A DNA stretch of 64,000 bases from Geosiphon pyriformis uo1 (Eukaryota; Fungi; Glomeromycota): NCBI GenBank assembly GCA_016748015.1, contig JAAOMT010000599.1:1-64000 (forward strand). The letters run 5' to 3'. Positions within the stretch are counted from its first letter, which is position 1; each line of letters begins with the position of its first letter. Shown here piece after piece: positions 1 through 13,121 of this stretch. The notes under the pieces were generated by a model. The model worked only from the letters and a program-made list of their open reading frames with translations. It did no database searches and was not told where the DNA came from. The position numbers and the translations under genes are program-made.

Positions 1-315
1 GCATCACAATTTTGCACATATTAAATAATATCTGGATATATTAATGGCCAATAATATCTTTTTTTGGTTTTTTCTATGGTTGCTTCTTTATAAAAATGTC
101 CTGCTATTGGATCTGAGTACATGTTGAATAATATTGTTTCTTTCTCTGGTTGGTTGATTTGGACTTTTTCTATTCTTCCAGTAAAGTATATTTTGATGGT
201 TAATAAAATATTTTGATTGTTGTTTTATGTTCTTTTGTTCTTTTTGAGATAATTTCTCCTTGAACAATTGGATATTTATATAGTGTTGTAGTTGTTGGTA
301 TTTTTGTATATTTAT
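1..315 (-). pseudogene. Integrase N-terminus of family A element
   Basis: Translates as INIQKYQQLQHY...EKETILFNMYSDPIAGHF...YYWPLIYPDIIKYVQNCDA, homologous to the start of the 57735 integrase ORF. Confidence 0.85.
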
Positions 316-345
316 TTTTTGTTATATTTTTGGGTTAAAATGTTT

Positions 346-1700
346 TTAGATTTGTTTCATTTGTGACAGACCATTGGCATTTCTATTTTTTTTTCCCTTT
401 TTGTAATGTACTGTATAATTAAATAGTGAAAGTTCTATTTTCCATCTGACATGACGGTCATCTCCAAATTTCTGCTTCTAAATTGAAGTCAATTCTTTGT
501 GATTAGTGTACACATCAAACTTTTGACTCAAGTATTTTTTCCATTTGATGACCACTTAGTAGATAGCTAAGTGTTCCAGTGTTGGAGTTCCATAGTTCTT
601 TTTAGCTGGACTTAAGCTTCTACTGGTATAAGCTACTGGATGCTCTCTTCTATCCGGTTCTCTTTGTAATAGTACTGCTCTCAGTGCTTGACCAGATGCA
701 TTGGTTGTTATTATAAATAGCTTGCTATAATTTGGATAGATCAGTACTGAGACTTAAATAAGCTTTCTTCTCAATGTGTCAAAAGCTTTTTGTTGAGTTC
801 CAATCCATTCATATTTTGTGTTCTTTGTTTGGAGTTGGTGTAATGGTTGAGCTATTTTGGAAAAGTTTTTGATAAAGTAATAGTAGTATCCTGCAAATCC
901 CAAGAATGCTCTTAATTCTGTGAGATTATTTGGTACTAGAAAGTTTTTAACAATCTTTATCTTGTCTGGATCTATTTTGATATCATCTTTGCTTACCACA
1001 TGTCCCAAAAACTTGAGTTCAGTTTTTTCAAAGAAACATTTGTTTGCATTTAGTTTTAATCTGGCTCTTCTTAGTTTTTCAAACACTTATTGGAGATAAT
1101 GCAAATGATCATTAAATGTTTTTGAGAACACATTGGTGTTATTTAAGTATATAACTACAGATTTCCATAGTAGCCTCATATAAACAATTTTCATAAGTTG
1201 CTGGAAAGTAACTGGAGCATTCATTAAGCCAAATGGCATTACTTTAAATTCAAAGTTTTCTTCTCAAGTTGTAAAAGCCGTTTTCTCTTTGTCTTTTGGT
1301 TTCATGGCTACTTGCCAATAACTACTGTCCAAGTCTAATGTTAAAAACCATTTCTTTCTTCCAAAAGCATCGAAAAGTTCTTGGATCTTTGGAGTTAGAT
1401 AGCTGTCTCCTTTTATTACTCCATTCAGTTTTCGGTAATCCACACAAAAGTGGATTTTTCTATTTTTCTTATAGACTAGTACCACTGGTGATGACCATGG
1501 ACTCATTGATAGTTAAATTAACTCATTGTCAAGCATCCAATTGATTTCTTGACAAATAATTTCATGGTTAGCTAGTGGTACTCTGTATGCTTTCTGTTTA
1601 ATTGGCATTATATCACCAGTCTTGATTTGATGTTAGATGATGTCAGTTCTGCCAAATTTGTTTTCACTGGCAAAGATGTTATTGAAATTGTTGAGTAATA
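346..1700 (-). pseudogene. RT-RNase H of family A element
   Basis: SPWSSPVVLV, FCVDYRKLN, LDLDSSYWQV, KTAF, FLGHVVS, LRAFLGFAGYY; RNase H ends ...NANGLSQMKQI* at 346-348. Confidence 0.9.
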
Positions 1701-2169
1701 TTTTGAGCTGCATATGTTGTAATGGATCTAAGTTTTCCATGTTTATTTGTTCCAATTGTTCTGATTGAAGCAAATAACATTCTTCTCATTTATATATGGT
1801 TTGAGATATAATATCTACATATCCATACAGTTGTAGAAAGTCTGAAATGATGTCTGAAAATTGGTTTTCAATTTCTGTGATCAAGTATCCAATGATAGTT
1901 CCTTCTGGTATCTTAATAATGTCTTCCATATTGTTGTAAATAGGAATTTTGATGTGGCTGTGGTTTTTGGCTGGTATGTGTAGATTGACTAATCCAATCT
2001 TTCCTGATTCACAAAGTATTGCTTCTGCTTCAAAAATCTGTATTTGATCTTTTACTTTTCTTTTTATAACTACCATATACTGGTTATATGGTGGAATGGA
2101 AATTGGTTGATGAGTGGAGATAATTTCTCCCTTGTCAATAATTTCTTCTTCTGCCATATTAACTGGTAC

Positions 2170-2571
2170 ATTTATTCTACTTGTGAATCCAAATCTTTAT
2201 ATCCCTCTTGCTGTTATCCCTAATTTTTCTCTGTTTCCCACTGATACTAACTGAGCTACTTTTACCAGAGACAGGAATATTGCTTGTGCTATCTTTTTAT
2301 TTGAATCTATAATATATGCCTTTTCCAAGTCATTTTGTAGTATAACAATGATATTTTCTACATATTCTGTGTCAATTATTCCTCTTCTGATATTGATTCC
2401 TTTTTTGGCTAAGCTACTCCTAGATGCTAACTGAACCATTGTTGTCACTAGAATTTCCAATGCTATTTTGAGATCAATACAAGTGTGTGAATAGGATTCC
2501 AATTTGATGAGATCTTTTCCTGGATATCTCAAATTAAACTCTGCATTAATATTATGTGCACATTCTGGCAT
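2170..2571 (-). pseudogene. dUTPase domain of family A element
   Basis: Eroded trimeric dUTPase motifs: AEFNLRYP (motif 1), SRSSLAKKG (2), GIIDTEYVENI (3), KIAQAI (4), followed by a GFG-type motif 5. Confidence 0.88.
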
Positions 2572-2819
2572 AATACTTTCATTGTTATTGCTAAACCATT
2601 TTAGTTCTTGTTCCTTAAAGAAGTTAAGAAGTGCAATGTATTGTTTGGAGTTTGAATTGAAGTTTGAATTGCTATTGTTTTTATTGTCATATTGAGCAGA
2701 GCTGGAATCATTGTTTTCGTCATCATTGTTATTGTCAGAATTTGAATCAGGATTGGAAGTTGGTTTTGATTCTGATGCACAGCTGCTGATTGGTTCGTCT
2801 TCTTCTGGGATTGTGTAGA

Positions 2820-3480
2820 TTATGCATGATAGTAGATTGTAAATGAGGTTACACTCATTACAATATTAGAAGTTACAGGGAATCAAGCAGTATTAACATA
2901 ATTGAGTATTTAACTGCTCTAAATGCTGCTTTTGTTTTTCTCTAGTGGGTGCTAATCACTGGTAATGTTTGTGGAATTCTTCCAGATTATCTTCAATGTT
3001 GCCAAAAATGTTGAAGATAAGAATGTATTTAGGTTTGGGCAGTAAGAGTGAGTTATTCTTAATTTCTAATAACTTACTGATAGTGGTGTCTTCTGCTTTT
3101 GTACTTACTATTCTCCAGATTTCATGTTTATCATGAAAATATCTTTCCAACCATCGCAATACTCTTTTCCAGATGTTGTTGATTGGAGTTCCTTTGCATA
3201 CCCAGTCATTTATTAGAATGGTATACTGGCATGTCTCATCACACGTTCTTCCTTGTCCAAGAATGTCATTCCACATTCTTTCATCAGGTAAAATAGTTCC
3301 ATATATGAGACAAGATTTGTTATCTCATTTTCCTTGTCTTTTTGGGCATTCAAACCATTCTATAATGCATGAGTGACAATAGAACTTTGTTGCTGTGGGG
3401 TATTCCTTGTTATTACTACAACATGCATCTATTGATGACAATTTCTTATCACAATCTATACATACTAATTTCGGTCAGTG
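2820..3480 (-). pseudogene. Cys-rich uncharacterised domain between protease and dUTPase (family A)
   Basis: CVDCDKKL...FYCHSC...GRTCDETCQY...GTP...CLIPCNF*YCNEC aligns with 54690-55300 of the family B element. Confidence 0.75.
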
Positions 3481-3829
3481 ATAGTTAAATGGTGGTGATA
3501 AAGAGTAAGCATATGGGCTATAAGTGGTAGTTGGTGTTGGATCTTTTTTTTCTTCTTTCTCCTTTCCCTAATTGTTATCTTTTTTCTATTTTCAAGTTGT
3601 TAGTTTGTCCTGATTGTCATTGGTTATCCAGGCTTGGTCAGTATTCCAAGTAAGTTTTTTTTTTGTTTTCTTTTTCCCTTGTTATCCCAAGAGAATATAG
3701 GTGGTAGCTCATTGTGATCTTTATTGGTCCAGAATACTTGATAGGCTTCCCAAATAGGTTTTTTTTTTTTTTTCTTGAATTCAATCAGTAGTGCTGGCAG
3801 GATAGTAGTCTTGAAGTGGCCACACATGA

Positions 3830-4259
3830 CTGGTACACATGTGTGTTGACTGTCCTGGCTAAGTTGTAGTTCTTGTGTAGTCTAGTTGAGCATCGCATTG
3901 GTTTTGAACAGTTAGTTATTACTAACAAGTGCTTGGTATTGGATTGCTTCCATTACAAGAACTTTGATGAATACAATGATGTCATTGATTTCAATAAATA
4001 AGTTATCTATTTTGCTGATCAGAGTTTTGGTTACTCCATCAGCTATAATAATTTATGCACTGGTAGCTTGATCAACTCAGCAACTTAACTGGTCCATAAG
4101 TTGTCTTGTGATGATGCTGCCAGCTGATCCACTGTCTAGAATCAGTTTGATGGGATAGCCATCAACTTTGGCATCAGTGTACATGATGGTAATAGGTTTT
4201 TCTTTGAGAACAGCTCCACTAAATAATGACATGGCTGACAGTTCCTCAAGTTCAAACAA
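3830..4259 (-). pseudogene. Retropepsin-like aspartic protease (family A)
   Basis: AKVDGYPIKLILDSGSAGSII catalytic DSG motif. Confidence 0.88.
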
Positions 4260-4779
4260 GAAGATGGCATCCAGTAATTTGTTTTCAGTAATAGTAGCTG
4301 GTGGAATGTTGCTGGTAAGTGTTGGTTGTGAGTGGGTTTTCAGCTTATTGGGTTGGGTGTCTTTTGGAGTAACCAGAAGACTTAAATAGTTCTGGGAACT
4401 TGGATTTTGAGTATACCCAGTTCTTGAACTCCACTGTTATGATCCTAACAACTGGTTGGATAAACTGGGAATTGATTGGTAAACAACTATTGCTGATCTC
4501 CAGTTTTGGGTAACTCTTGATCTGGAGTTTTCTGATGTTATCTAAGCTGAATTTGATGGCAGTGTTTAAATTACAGGTGTCTGATAAATTATTTGTGGCT
4601 GTAATGGTTGATATATTACTTGTGGCTGCAGTTAATAAACTGGAGGCTGATATATAAGTGGTTGGTATATTGATTGTTGTGTCATTGATAAGTTGGTTGA
4701 TATGATGCTGAATTGGGTTGGTAATTTGGAGTTAGAACTCGGCAATCAGGGTTTTGATATTGATTTTTCAATCATTGGT

Positions 4780-6570
4780 TATTTATCCTTAATTTATAGT
4801 CAATCTTTAAATGTCTTTGTTTACCATAGTAGTAACAAACACGTGTCTTCTGCTGCCACTGTTGATTGGTTGAGGATAATGCACATGACTGATTCTAGAA
4901 ATAATTCACATTTTCTTGATTATTACATTATTGTGAAGGTTAATAGATTGTCTAATTGTTAGCTAAGTATTCCTCTAATTTTTGGTTGATGGAATCACTA
5001 AATTGTTTTAACTTAGAATCCAATTTAGATGATTCATTCATTACTAAATTGACAGCTTGGGTGTGGTTAGCTTTAAGTTCAGCTGCCTCAAAATCTTTGG
5101 CATTTGTAATGATGGCTTGAAGATCTGCTGGATGTATTGAATGTACATGTTGAAGGATGCTATTGCACAGTTCATGAATGAACTGGTTTAGAATCTGAGG
5201 TGCTGTAAAATTGTCAGCTTGAATTGCTTGGATTTGGCATAAGTTTCTGTGGAAATGTTCCAAGTAAGTGGTAACTGCTTCAGTTTCTTCTTGTTTGATT
5301 GTGGTAAAGGTGTTGGCTAAGCAATTAATACTGTTATTATTACTGAAATATCCCAGGAATGCAACTTTAAATTTCTGGAATGTCTGAGATTTGGTGGTTA
5401 GACTTTAATATCATGAGTTGGCAGTATTTTGCAAGAAATAGAAGATGGCTTGAAGTGCCCTGGCATCATCCCATCTGTTGGCTGTAATAACTTTTTCTAC
5501 ATCATTCAGTCACACTTGGGCATTGTTCTCTTCTCCTGTAAATTTCTCAAGTTTTGCTATTGGGGCGTAGGCTATTGGATCTATGTTTGGTTGTTGTGGT
5601 AATGGAAATGGTAATTGAATTTGGGGTTGTGGCAGTGGCTGTTGTTATGGAGCAACTGGTGGTGAGTTAATGATGATTACTGGAGGTATGTTTTGTTGAT
5701 TAATTGCTTTGAGGTTTTGATTGTTCTGATTTTGCTGAGTTTGAAAATTCAGAGCTTCAATTTCCGGATTTTTTAAATTTGAATTTTGCTAAGTCTGAAA
5801 GTTTGGGGTTTTAATATTTGGGTTTCTTGGAATCGAGTTCTGGTAAGTAAATTCCTGATCTTCAGCTTCTTTTTCTTCTTTTTCTGATTCTATTATCTCC
5901 TAGGGACTCGCATTTCCGAAATCTGGTTGAGGTGATGGTGATCGGAATCCTAATGACGTTGGTGATCATAATTTAAATCCTTTAAAGTAATCGCCATAGG
6001 TTCCTAGTAATTCTGTTTTCTTTTGTTTATTTTAAAATAGGAGTTGTCCAAATGTTAATGTTATGTGTAATGTGGATGCACCTATTGATGAGATGTTAAT
6101 AGCGCTTCTGGATGTATAGTGGTATGATGGGTTTGTTGGTGATTCAACTCTGGTTTTCTTCCAAATGAGTGGTTGTATTTGTTTTGGTGTTACTGCTGGT
6201 GTTTGCAACTTTCCTTTGCCTTTGTCTGCATAGGTGATAAGAAATTGTTGTTGTGTGTATCTTTTAATAGTTTAATTAATTTTCCTGATGATTGGTGCAA
6301 AACTGTAGTTTTTTGGTAAGCTGGTATGTTGAAATAATTCTGTATAGAAGTTTTCTCTTGCAGATTCAATGTTAACTGTTCCTCCTAAGCAGTCTGTGAT
6401 TTTATCATTGATGTAGAAGTTAAAGACTGATTCCACTGGAAAATGATTATTGTTTAATCCTAATTGTTGGCTGTACTATTAAAACAAGAATTTGGTGAAT
6501 TCTAAATAGTTTGCTCTTATGATTTCTGATTCTGTCACTTTTGGATAATTGTGGTTAGTGCCAGTTCTTT
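4780..6570 (-). pseudogene. Gag (capsid plus eroded CCHC zinc knuckle), family A
   Basis: Retrotransposon gag-like QILNQFIHEL...HPADLQAIITNAKDFEAAE; eroded knuckle CYYYGKQRHLKIDY near 4795-4840. Confidence 0.8.
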
Positions 6571-6588
6571 GTAAGATTATATCTCACA

Positions 6589-6598
6589 GAGAGCACTA
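6589..6598 (-). promoter_or_regulatory. Primer-binding site of family A element
   Basis: Minus strand reads LTR end TGTAATA, then TT, then TAGTGCTCTC; one transition from the TGGTGCTCTC PBS at 52028. Confidence 0.75.
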
Positions 6599-6600
6599 AA

Positions 6601-7399
6601 TATTACAGATGATTATTTGGGGTCTTAAAGCAAATAACAAATCCATAACTTGGTGCTTGGTTGGTATTCTGGTGTTGATATCTGAAGGTTTTGTTGTGGA
6701 GTTCTTTGTATAATAGACAGAGATTTAATAGTTGTTTTCAGTAGCCTTTTGGAATCACAATTCCATCAAATTTTTTTCTCAGTATGGTGGCTGGTAATTC
6801 TCCTAGTAAGCTATCCTCAAATCTATGAGTGTTCTACCCTTGTTTTACAGGTTTTTTACCAGTTCTTATGATGTCTGTATTTCAGTGCTTAATTTTTAAT
6901 CAATTTAGTAATACCAAAGAATAACAAAAAGAAATAAAAGAAAATAAAAAATGATAAAAAAATAAACAAAAGCAATTGCAAGTTAGTATCTTGTCAATAG
7001 CCATGATTAAGAGCTATTGTTCTAGTATGGTTAAGTATCAATTACTATCAACATAAAGTGTTGATAGTGAAGAGTGGATTGAGATAGTAAATAATTATTT
7101 ATTGATATTTGTGAATGAAAAAGTGCTTAAATCAGATCTAAACTTGGAGTTTCTAACTTCAAAATTCTGTTTTTTCTACCTTTAGCACTATTGCTATATA
7201 TACATAATTGAGATTCCTTAATTCCTCAATTCTTTACATCAGAAATTCTGGAATTTCTGGAATTCTGTAATTTTTCTTGAGAGGAATTCTGGAATCCTGC
7301 GATTCCTTGTACAAAAATCCTGGAATTCCATATTTACTACGGCTACTTTTGATTGGCTAATTTATATGTTAATATACTCCCTATGTTCTATAAGTAACA
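6601..7399 (-). repeat. 5' LTR of family A (about 800 bp)
   Basis: Begins TGTTACTT (7399) and ends TGTAATA (6601). U3 has GAATTC/GGAATTCC-rich repeats and a TATATATAG. Homologous to 61363-62132. Confidence 0.85.
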
Positions 7400-8155
7400 G
7401 TACTTAATAAAAGTAGTATATAAATGACTGCCAATAGTAGTTAAAAAGAAATTATATAATAAAGCATATTTATATATACTGTATTTGCTATATAGTAAGA
7501 TAAAGTTGTTAGATTACATATTTACTTATGCTAAAAATAATAATGTTTAAACAGAAATTTTGGCAGAAACTTTTGAATAATGAATTTTTTTAGTAAGTGC
7601 TTATAGTCTATTTTTTTTTATTGTCTTATATACACTTTTCAGATGTTCTTCAAATATAAGCTTATATGTAGTAATTTGCAAAAAATTTATGCTAAAAAAT
7701 TAGTATATAGAAGCTATCATAATTTTTAATAAGAAAAAAGAAATTGTTTTTGCTATTGTTAAGTATATAAAACAACTAGTAAAGTCATATTGTACTAAAA
7801 CATGACTTATAAAATCAAATATGAAATGAATATAAAAAAGATTAAATTGGTCAGAAATAATAATTTAATATCAGATTTATTTTATAATATAGTGTTTATA
7901 TTATCTAATAGAGTGGTTTAATTGCTTAATATTATAGAATCTTTTGTAATTAGTTTTAATAGACACAAACTATGCTCTTTTTTTTGGTTTAAATAATTAT
8001 ATATATATTAATATAAGTATTTAGTATTGTCTTATTTGATTTAAGTAACTAGTTATATATTGTAAAAGCATAAATTGTATTTAGTTTGAACTATTTAGTT
8101 TGATTTTATGTATTAAATAACAATTGGGCTTTACTTATTAAAATAATAATAAAAA
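7400..8155 (+). mobile_element. 3' fragment of LINE (ORF2 zinc-finger C-terminus plus 3' UTR)
   Basis: YLIKVVYK*LPIVVKKKLY...ILYLLY motif shared with the other LINE copies; 3' UTR homologous to 12115-12240 and 15420-15530. Confidence 0.7.
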
Positions 8156-8369
8156 ATATATATAAATTAATATTATATAATATTATATATATTAAACTTA
8201 AATTATTTACAAATTATATATAATTAATTATTTAATATATTTACTAAAATAAATACAAATTTATAATAAAATATATTATTTAATATAATTATATTTAATT
8301 TTATTTTTTATTTTTTTATTGCTTTAATAAAATATAATTTAATATATAATTAGTTATTTAAACTTAAAT

Positions 8370-11300
8370 TAAAAAGTTCTGTTAATGAATTTTTTTCTAA
8401 ATATTGGTTTAATGAGTTTAAATATTTAAAAAACAAACAATTTTCTAAGTTTTTCAAGCTAAAACTATTGATAGCTAAGATTATAAAAAATTTAAGTTCA
8501 AATCAAATTTTAAAGATTAATTGTCTTCTTAATATTTGGAATATTATTGATAAAAAAGAAATTTTCAAAATAAGTATTATGATTAATAGTGGTAAAAAAT
8601 TAAAAAAAGTTTTATGTTATTTGTTAAAAGTCAAAATAAATCCAAATATTATAAATTCAGAACTGTTAGAAATAATCTTATCAAAAAAGTAATAGATAAT
8701 CATATAAAAAACTTTTGTTTTAATAAAGAGCATATAATTAAAAGTATTTTAAAATAATCAATTTAGAAAATAGTGTTTAATCATTTGGTAATAAATAATA
8801 ATTTGGTTCTGGAGCCTTGTGAAATTAAGTTCATAATTGATATAATTATAAAAAAATGGACAAAAAAACATGTAGTGCTTAATGTTTTGTCTAATTAGTG
8901 GTCCAACTAATATGTTTTTCTAGATTATATTAATGATAATACATTTTTAAAAGTAATATATAATATTAAGTTTAATGAATTTTTACAAATAGTCAAGAGA
9001 CTGTTTAATAAAAAAGCTGTTAGTTTTTCTAATATTCTTAATAAGCTTTGAAAATATAGTAATATACAGATTTTAGATGGTTTGTTAAATATTTTTAATA
9101 TGTATTTAGTGTCAAGTACAGTTTTTATATAATAGAAAAAAGCCTAAATTTTCATGATATTAAAGTCATATAATTAAAAAAAGATTTTTATTAATATCAG
9201 ACTAATAATTCTAATTAAAATGGCTCAAAAAATTTTGTCTAAGCTTTTTTCAAATAAAATTTTTTTAGTCTATAATAAATTTGATGTTTGATATAATAAT
9301 AACTTCTCAATTTTAAAAAGCACATCTACTTAAACTCAAATTTTTGCTATTGGTTCTATAATTAATGATGTATTAGAAAAAAACAAAGAGCTATAATTGG
9401 TTTTCCAAGATATGTGCAAAGCATATAATTCTGTTAAGTGATATTATTTACAAAATAGTCTGATTAGAATCAAGATGTATCTTCATTTTATTAGATTTTT
9501 TGAAAATATACACAATAATTGAATTAATTAAATAATAACAAATTTTGGGCTTATTGATAGATATATAGTTTATAATAGCTTAAATTAAAGTAAAATTTTT
9601 TTACCACTGTTATAGAAAATTTTTTACAATTTTTTGCTGTGTGAAGTTAAAAAACATAATTATATGTTTGGTTATAGATTGAATTTAAAGTTTTTTACAA
9701 AAACTGGCAAGCCAAATTCTAAGAGTGAGATAATTTTTTTTCTGACAGCTAAAGCTTCTGTGAATAACACATTTTGGGTTGAAAATAGCATAATGACAAC
9801 TCAGCATATTTTAAACACTACTAGTGAATTTTTCCAGATCAATAATATTTTAATTAATATAGAAAAGATGGTTGTTATACTTATCAATTAAAAAGTAAAA
9901 GCTTTATATCTGTTAATAAATAAATCAAATATTTTAGTGGTTAGAAAGAATGTGTTATATAGATACTTGGATATTTTTTTGTTTATAAATAGTTTTTAAA
10001 CCAAGTTTTACTAAGACTTATTCAAACATAAAGTTTTTTACAAATCTGGTTTTAAGAAAAATTATTTCTGATAAGCAGTTTCTATATTTGGTATTTGTTA
10101 TTTTGCAGTTCATAATTGGTTACAGGTTGTAATTTAATTACATATTAGTAAGTGTGTATAAAAAATGAAACAAAATACTAAAGAAAAAATCAAAGCTTAA
10201 GACCAATAAAGCCATCTTCTATTTTAAGTTTTATAATTTTAAAACATTTAAACAGATACAGACTGAAATTTGCTGGCATATTTGGTAACCTATGCCAATT
10301 TGAAGAATATTTTTGGTAAATTGTTTGAATATAAAGCTATAGATTTGCAGACCATCAGTTAAATGTTCTGGCAACTTATTAGTTTTCCAATCACATTGTT
10401 AATTAATTTTATGAACTGCTTTCTGACAAATGTAATTAACACTTTGGCATTATATAGGTTGTCTTTGAGTAATAACATATTTAATGTTTTTTGAATTGAT
10501 AGTAATATTGTTATTGTAAATATCTTGGATTTGAAATAATATTAGAGTATAATAAGTTTGTTAAAAAAGTTTAATATTGTTTTTACAAACCAACTTCTGA
10601 ATCACAATAACATATACTTTATATAAAATATATTTCACAAATAGAAGAAACTAAATCTTAGAAGTCTGGTTTTTGGTTGGTTTAGTTTGCTGGTTAAATT
10701 TATTAAAAATAGTAGTCTAAACAACAGTAGTACTTTAGTTTATTGTTTTATTTTTAGTAGTCACTTGTGCAATTTTGGTTTTATTAATAAATGTCTTATA
10801 AAAAATGGATTTAATAATATAGTTATTTATATAAATAGATTGGTCAAAAATTAGAAATCTGTGAATACTTGTAGTAATATTACTATTTACTTCTTAGATG
10901 TTGACATAAATATAAAAATTAGGATATATGGCTTGTTTTTTTTGACTCTAGTAAAACTGCAAAATATTACTCTTGCTTTAAAATATGTTTTTGTATTCAA
11001 TTTAATAGTATTATTTATAAATAGTCAAGCATTATTAGATATATATGTTTTAATTAAAAAAAATGTTAGTTTTAATTTTTACAATAAATACTAAATGGAA
11101 AAAAAACATATTTGTCAAATTATTATATCAAAAAATTTGTCAATTAATTAAAATAAGATCAAGAATTATTTTGGAGTTGTTGGCAATAAACATGCAAATT
11201 TTTTTGCTAATACTGCTATCATGTTTAATTTTACATTGTTTGTTAGAATGTCATATTACTTTTTTGTTATTAAAAACAAATCTGTTTTTGAAAATACTTA

Positions 11301-12240
11301 TTATTTTATTAAGTATTTGTTTAAGACTATTAGTTTTGTTGGTTAAAAATTTAGATATGCTAATAGTGCTATAAATAAAACTCTTTGCAACTTATTTAAT
11401 ATGTGTTAGATTTTTAATATATAATACTTTAATAAGTAAATTTATTTTGGCTTTATTAATTTTGTTTCTACAGTACTTTAGTTTTATTTTATAAAGGTTT
11501 TATATTGTTAATTACCTGTGATCAAAAGAAAAAAGTTATACAATTCAAATTATTTTAGTGTGTTGTATATTCAATATAAGTTAATTAAGAACTTTAATTA
11601 TATTTTTTTATGTATTCATAATAATTGTGCCAGAAAAGATCTGATTTAAATACTATTAAAAAATAAATTAGTTTAATAGGTGTTTGTACTATTAACTATA
11701 AATTAATTTGTTTTTTTTTATAAGACTAAATTTTTTAATTATTTGTATATATTATTAGCTAAAAATTTTGTAATAAAAAACTGGGTGGCTAACACAATAA
11801 GTTTCTTGAATGTTAAATTTGATTGTAAATTATTGGTTATTAATTTGGTTTGGGTTTTGTTAAGAGTTATAAATCTACTATATAGTTGTCAATTATCAAA
11901 CTAAAAGCACATTATAAGAAACATGGTTTTCTATTATGTAATAGATCTGTAATCTCAGTTATTTCTGGTTTAGCATTCTTGTGATCTCTTAAAATAATTT
12001 ATAATTTTGGTATCAAATTAGGTGTTTATGTTTGCTTTGATCTGTATTTTCATTTGATCAGTATGCATTTTGGTTTTTTATATAACTTTTCTGTAATAGA
12101 TAGTTTAGATATATAATGCTGCCTTAATTGATTTAAGTAACTGGTTGTATATAGAAAAAACATATGTCATACTTAATATAAAATCTTATATGATTATATA
12201 ATTTTAAATAATAATTAAACTGTACTTGTAAAAAAAAATT
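8370..12240 (+). mobile_element. 5'-truncated degenerate LINE (ORF2: RT, RNase H, Cys-rich C-terminus, 3' UTR, poly-A)
   Basis: LVFQDMCKAYNSV (about 9400), SVNNT as eroded FVDDT (about 9760), YRYLDIF (about 9958), RNase H-like KIKNYFGVVGNKHAN (about 11150); ends TACTTGTAAAAAAAAA. Homologous to 62137-64000. Confidence 0.85.
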
Positions 12241-13121
12241 AAATTAAATATGCTTAATATTTTTATTTTATCAAAATAAATTACAAATATTTTTTTGTAT
12301 TAATTTATATCTTATATAATTTATTATAACTAATAATAATAATAAACTGGCTTTTAAAATTATGTATATTTATAAAATAAGTTTTTTTAATTAATTAAAG
12401 CTTTTAAGCAAATAAGTAATTACTTTAAATAATTAACTTATACTTTTAAAAATATAAAACTTATTTAAATAAACACAAAAATAATAATTAAATCTATTAA
12501 AAAACTAATTTTTTAACAACAAATTTAATTAAATTAAATAAGTTTTATAATTTAAATTTATATAATTTACTAAAAAACATATATAATAAAAAAATTAGCA
12601 GTTTTACATAAAATATTAAATTAACAAAAACAATAAACTTAAAAAAAATTTTAAAATTTAAAAAAACATTAAAACCAAATAATTCAAATTTTAATATTTA
12701 TAATAATAATAATAATTAAAATTTTTTTATTAAATATAACTTTTTATAAAATATTAATTTTAATTATTATTTTATTAAAAACTTTTTAAATTTAAAGATA
12801 AAAATTATAAACTGTTAACTATAATTAATATTAAAAAATAAAAATAACAAGTTTAATTCCCAACTTAAAAAATCGAATTTTAAATTTTAAAAATTATATA
12901 ACAAAAAAATATAATATTATTTTTTAGTATTAAAATTAACTATAAACAAAATTAATTTTAACAATCTTTATAAATTTTTATTAAAATAAAATATCATAAC
13001 TTTGATGTTTTACATGATATTAATTTTTAATAATTTTGTTAATATTTAAGAATTTTAATATTTTAATTTTTTATGTTTTATTCATAAATATTTTTTAATA
13101 ATAAATAAAAATATTAAATCA

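Larger units (their letters stand above)
1..7399 (-). mobile_element. Degenerate Ty3/Gypsy LTR retrotransposon (family A): 5' LTR, gag, PR, Cys-rich domain, dUTPase, RT, RNase H and start of integrase; continues off the left edge
   Basis: Collinear minus-strand fragments with many stops and frameshifts: gag (4952-5263), LILDSGSAG protease (4077-4259), dUTPase (2197-2571), SPWSSPVVLV/FCVDYRKLN RT (1264-1506, 754-1086) and integrase H-H/C-C zinc region (1-315). LTR and PBS at 6589-7399. Confidence 0.93.
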
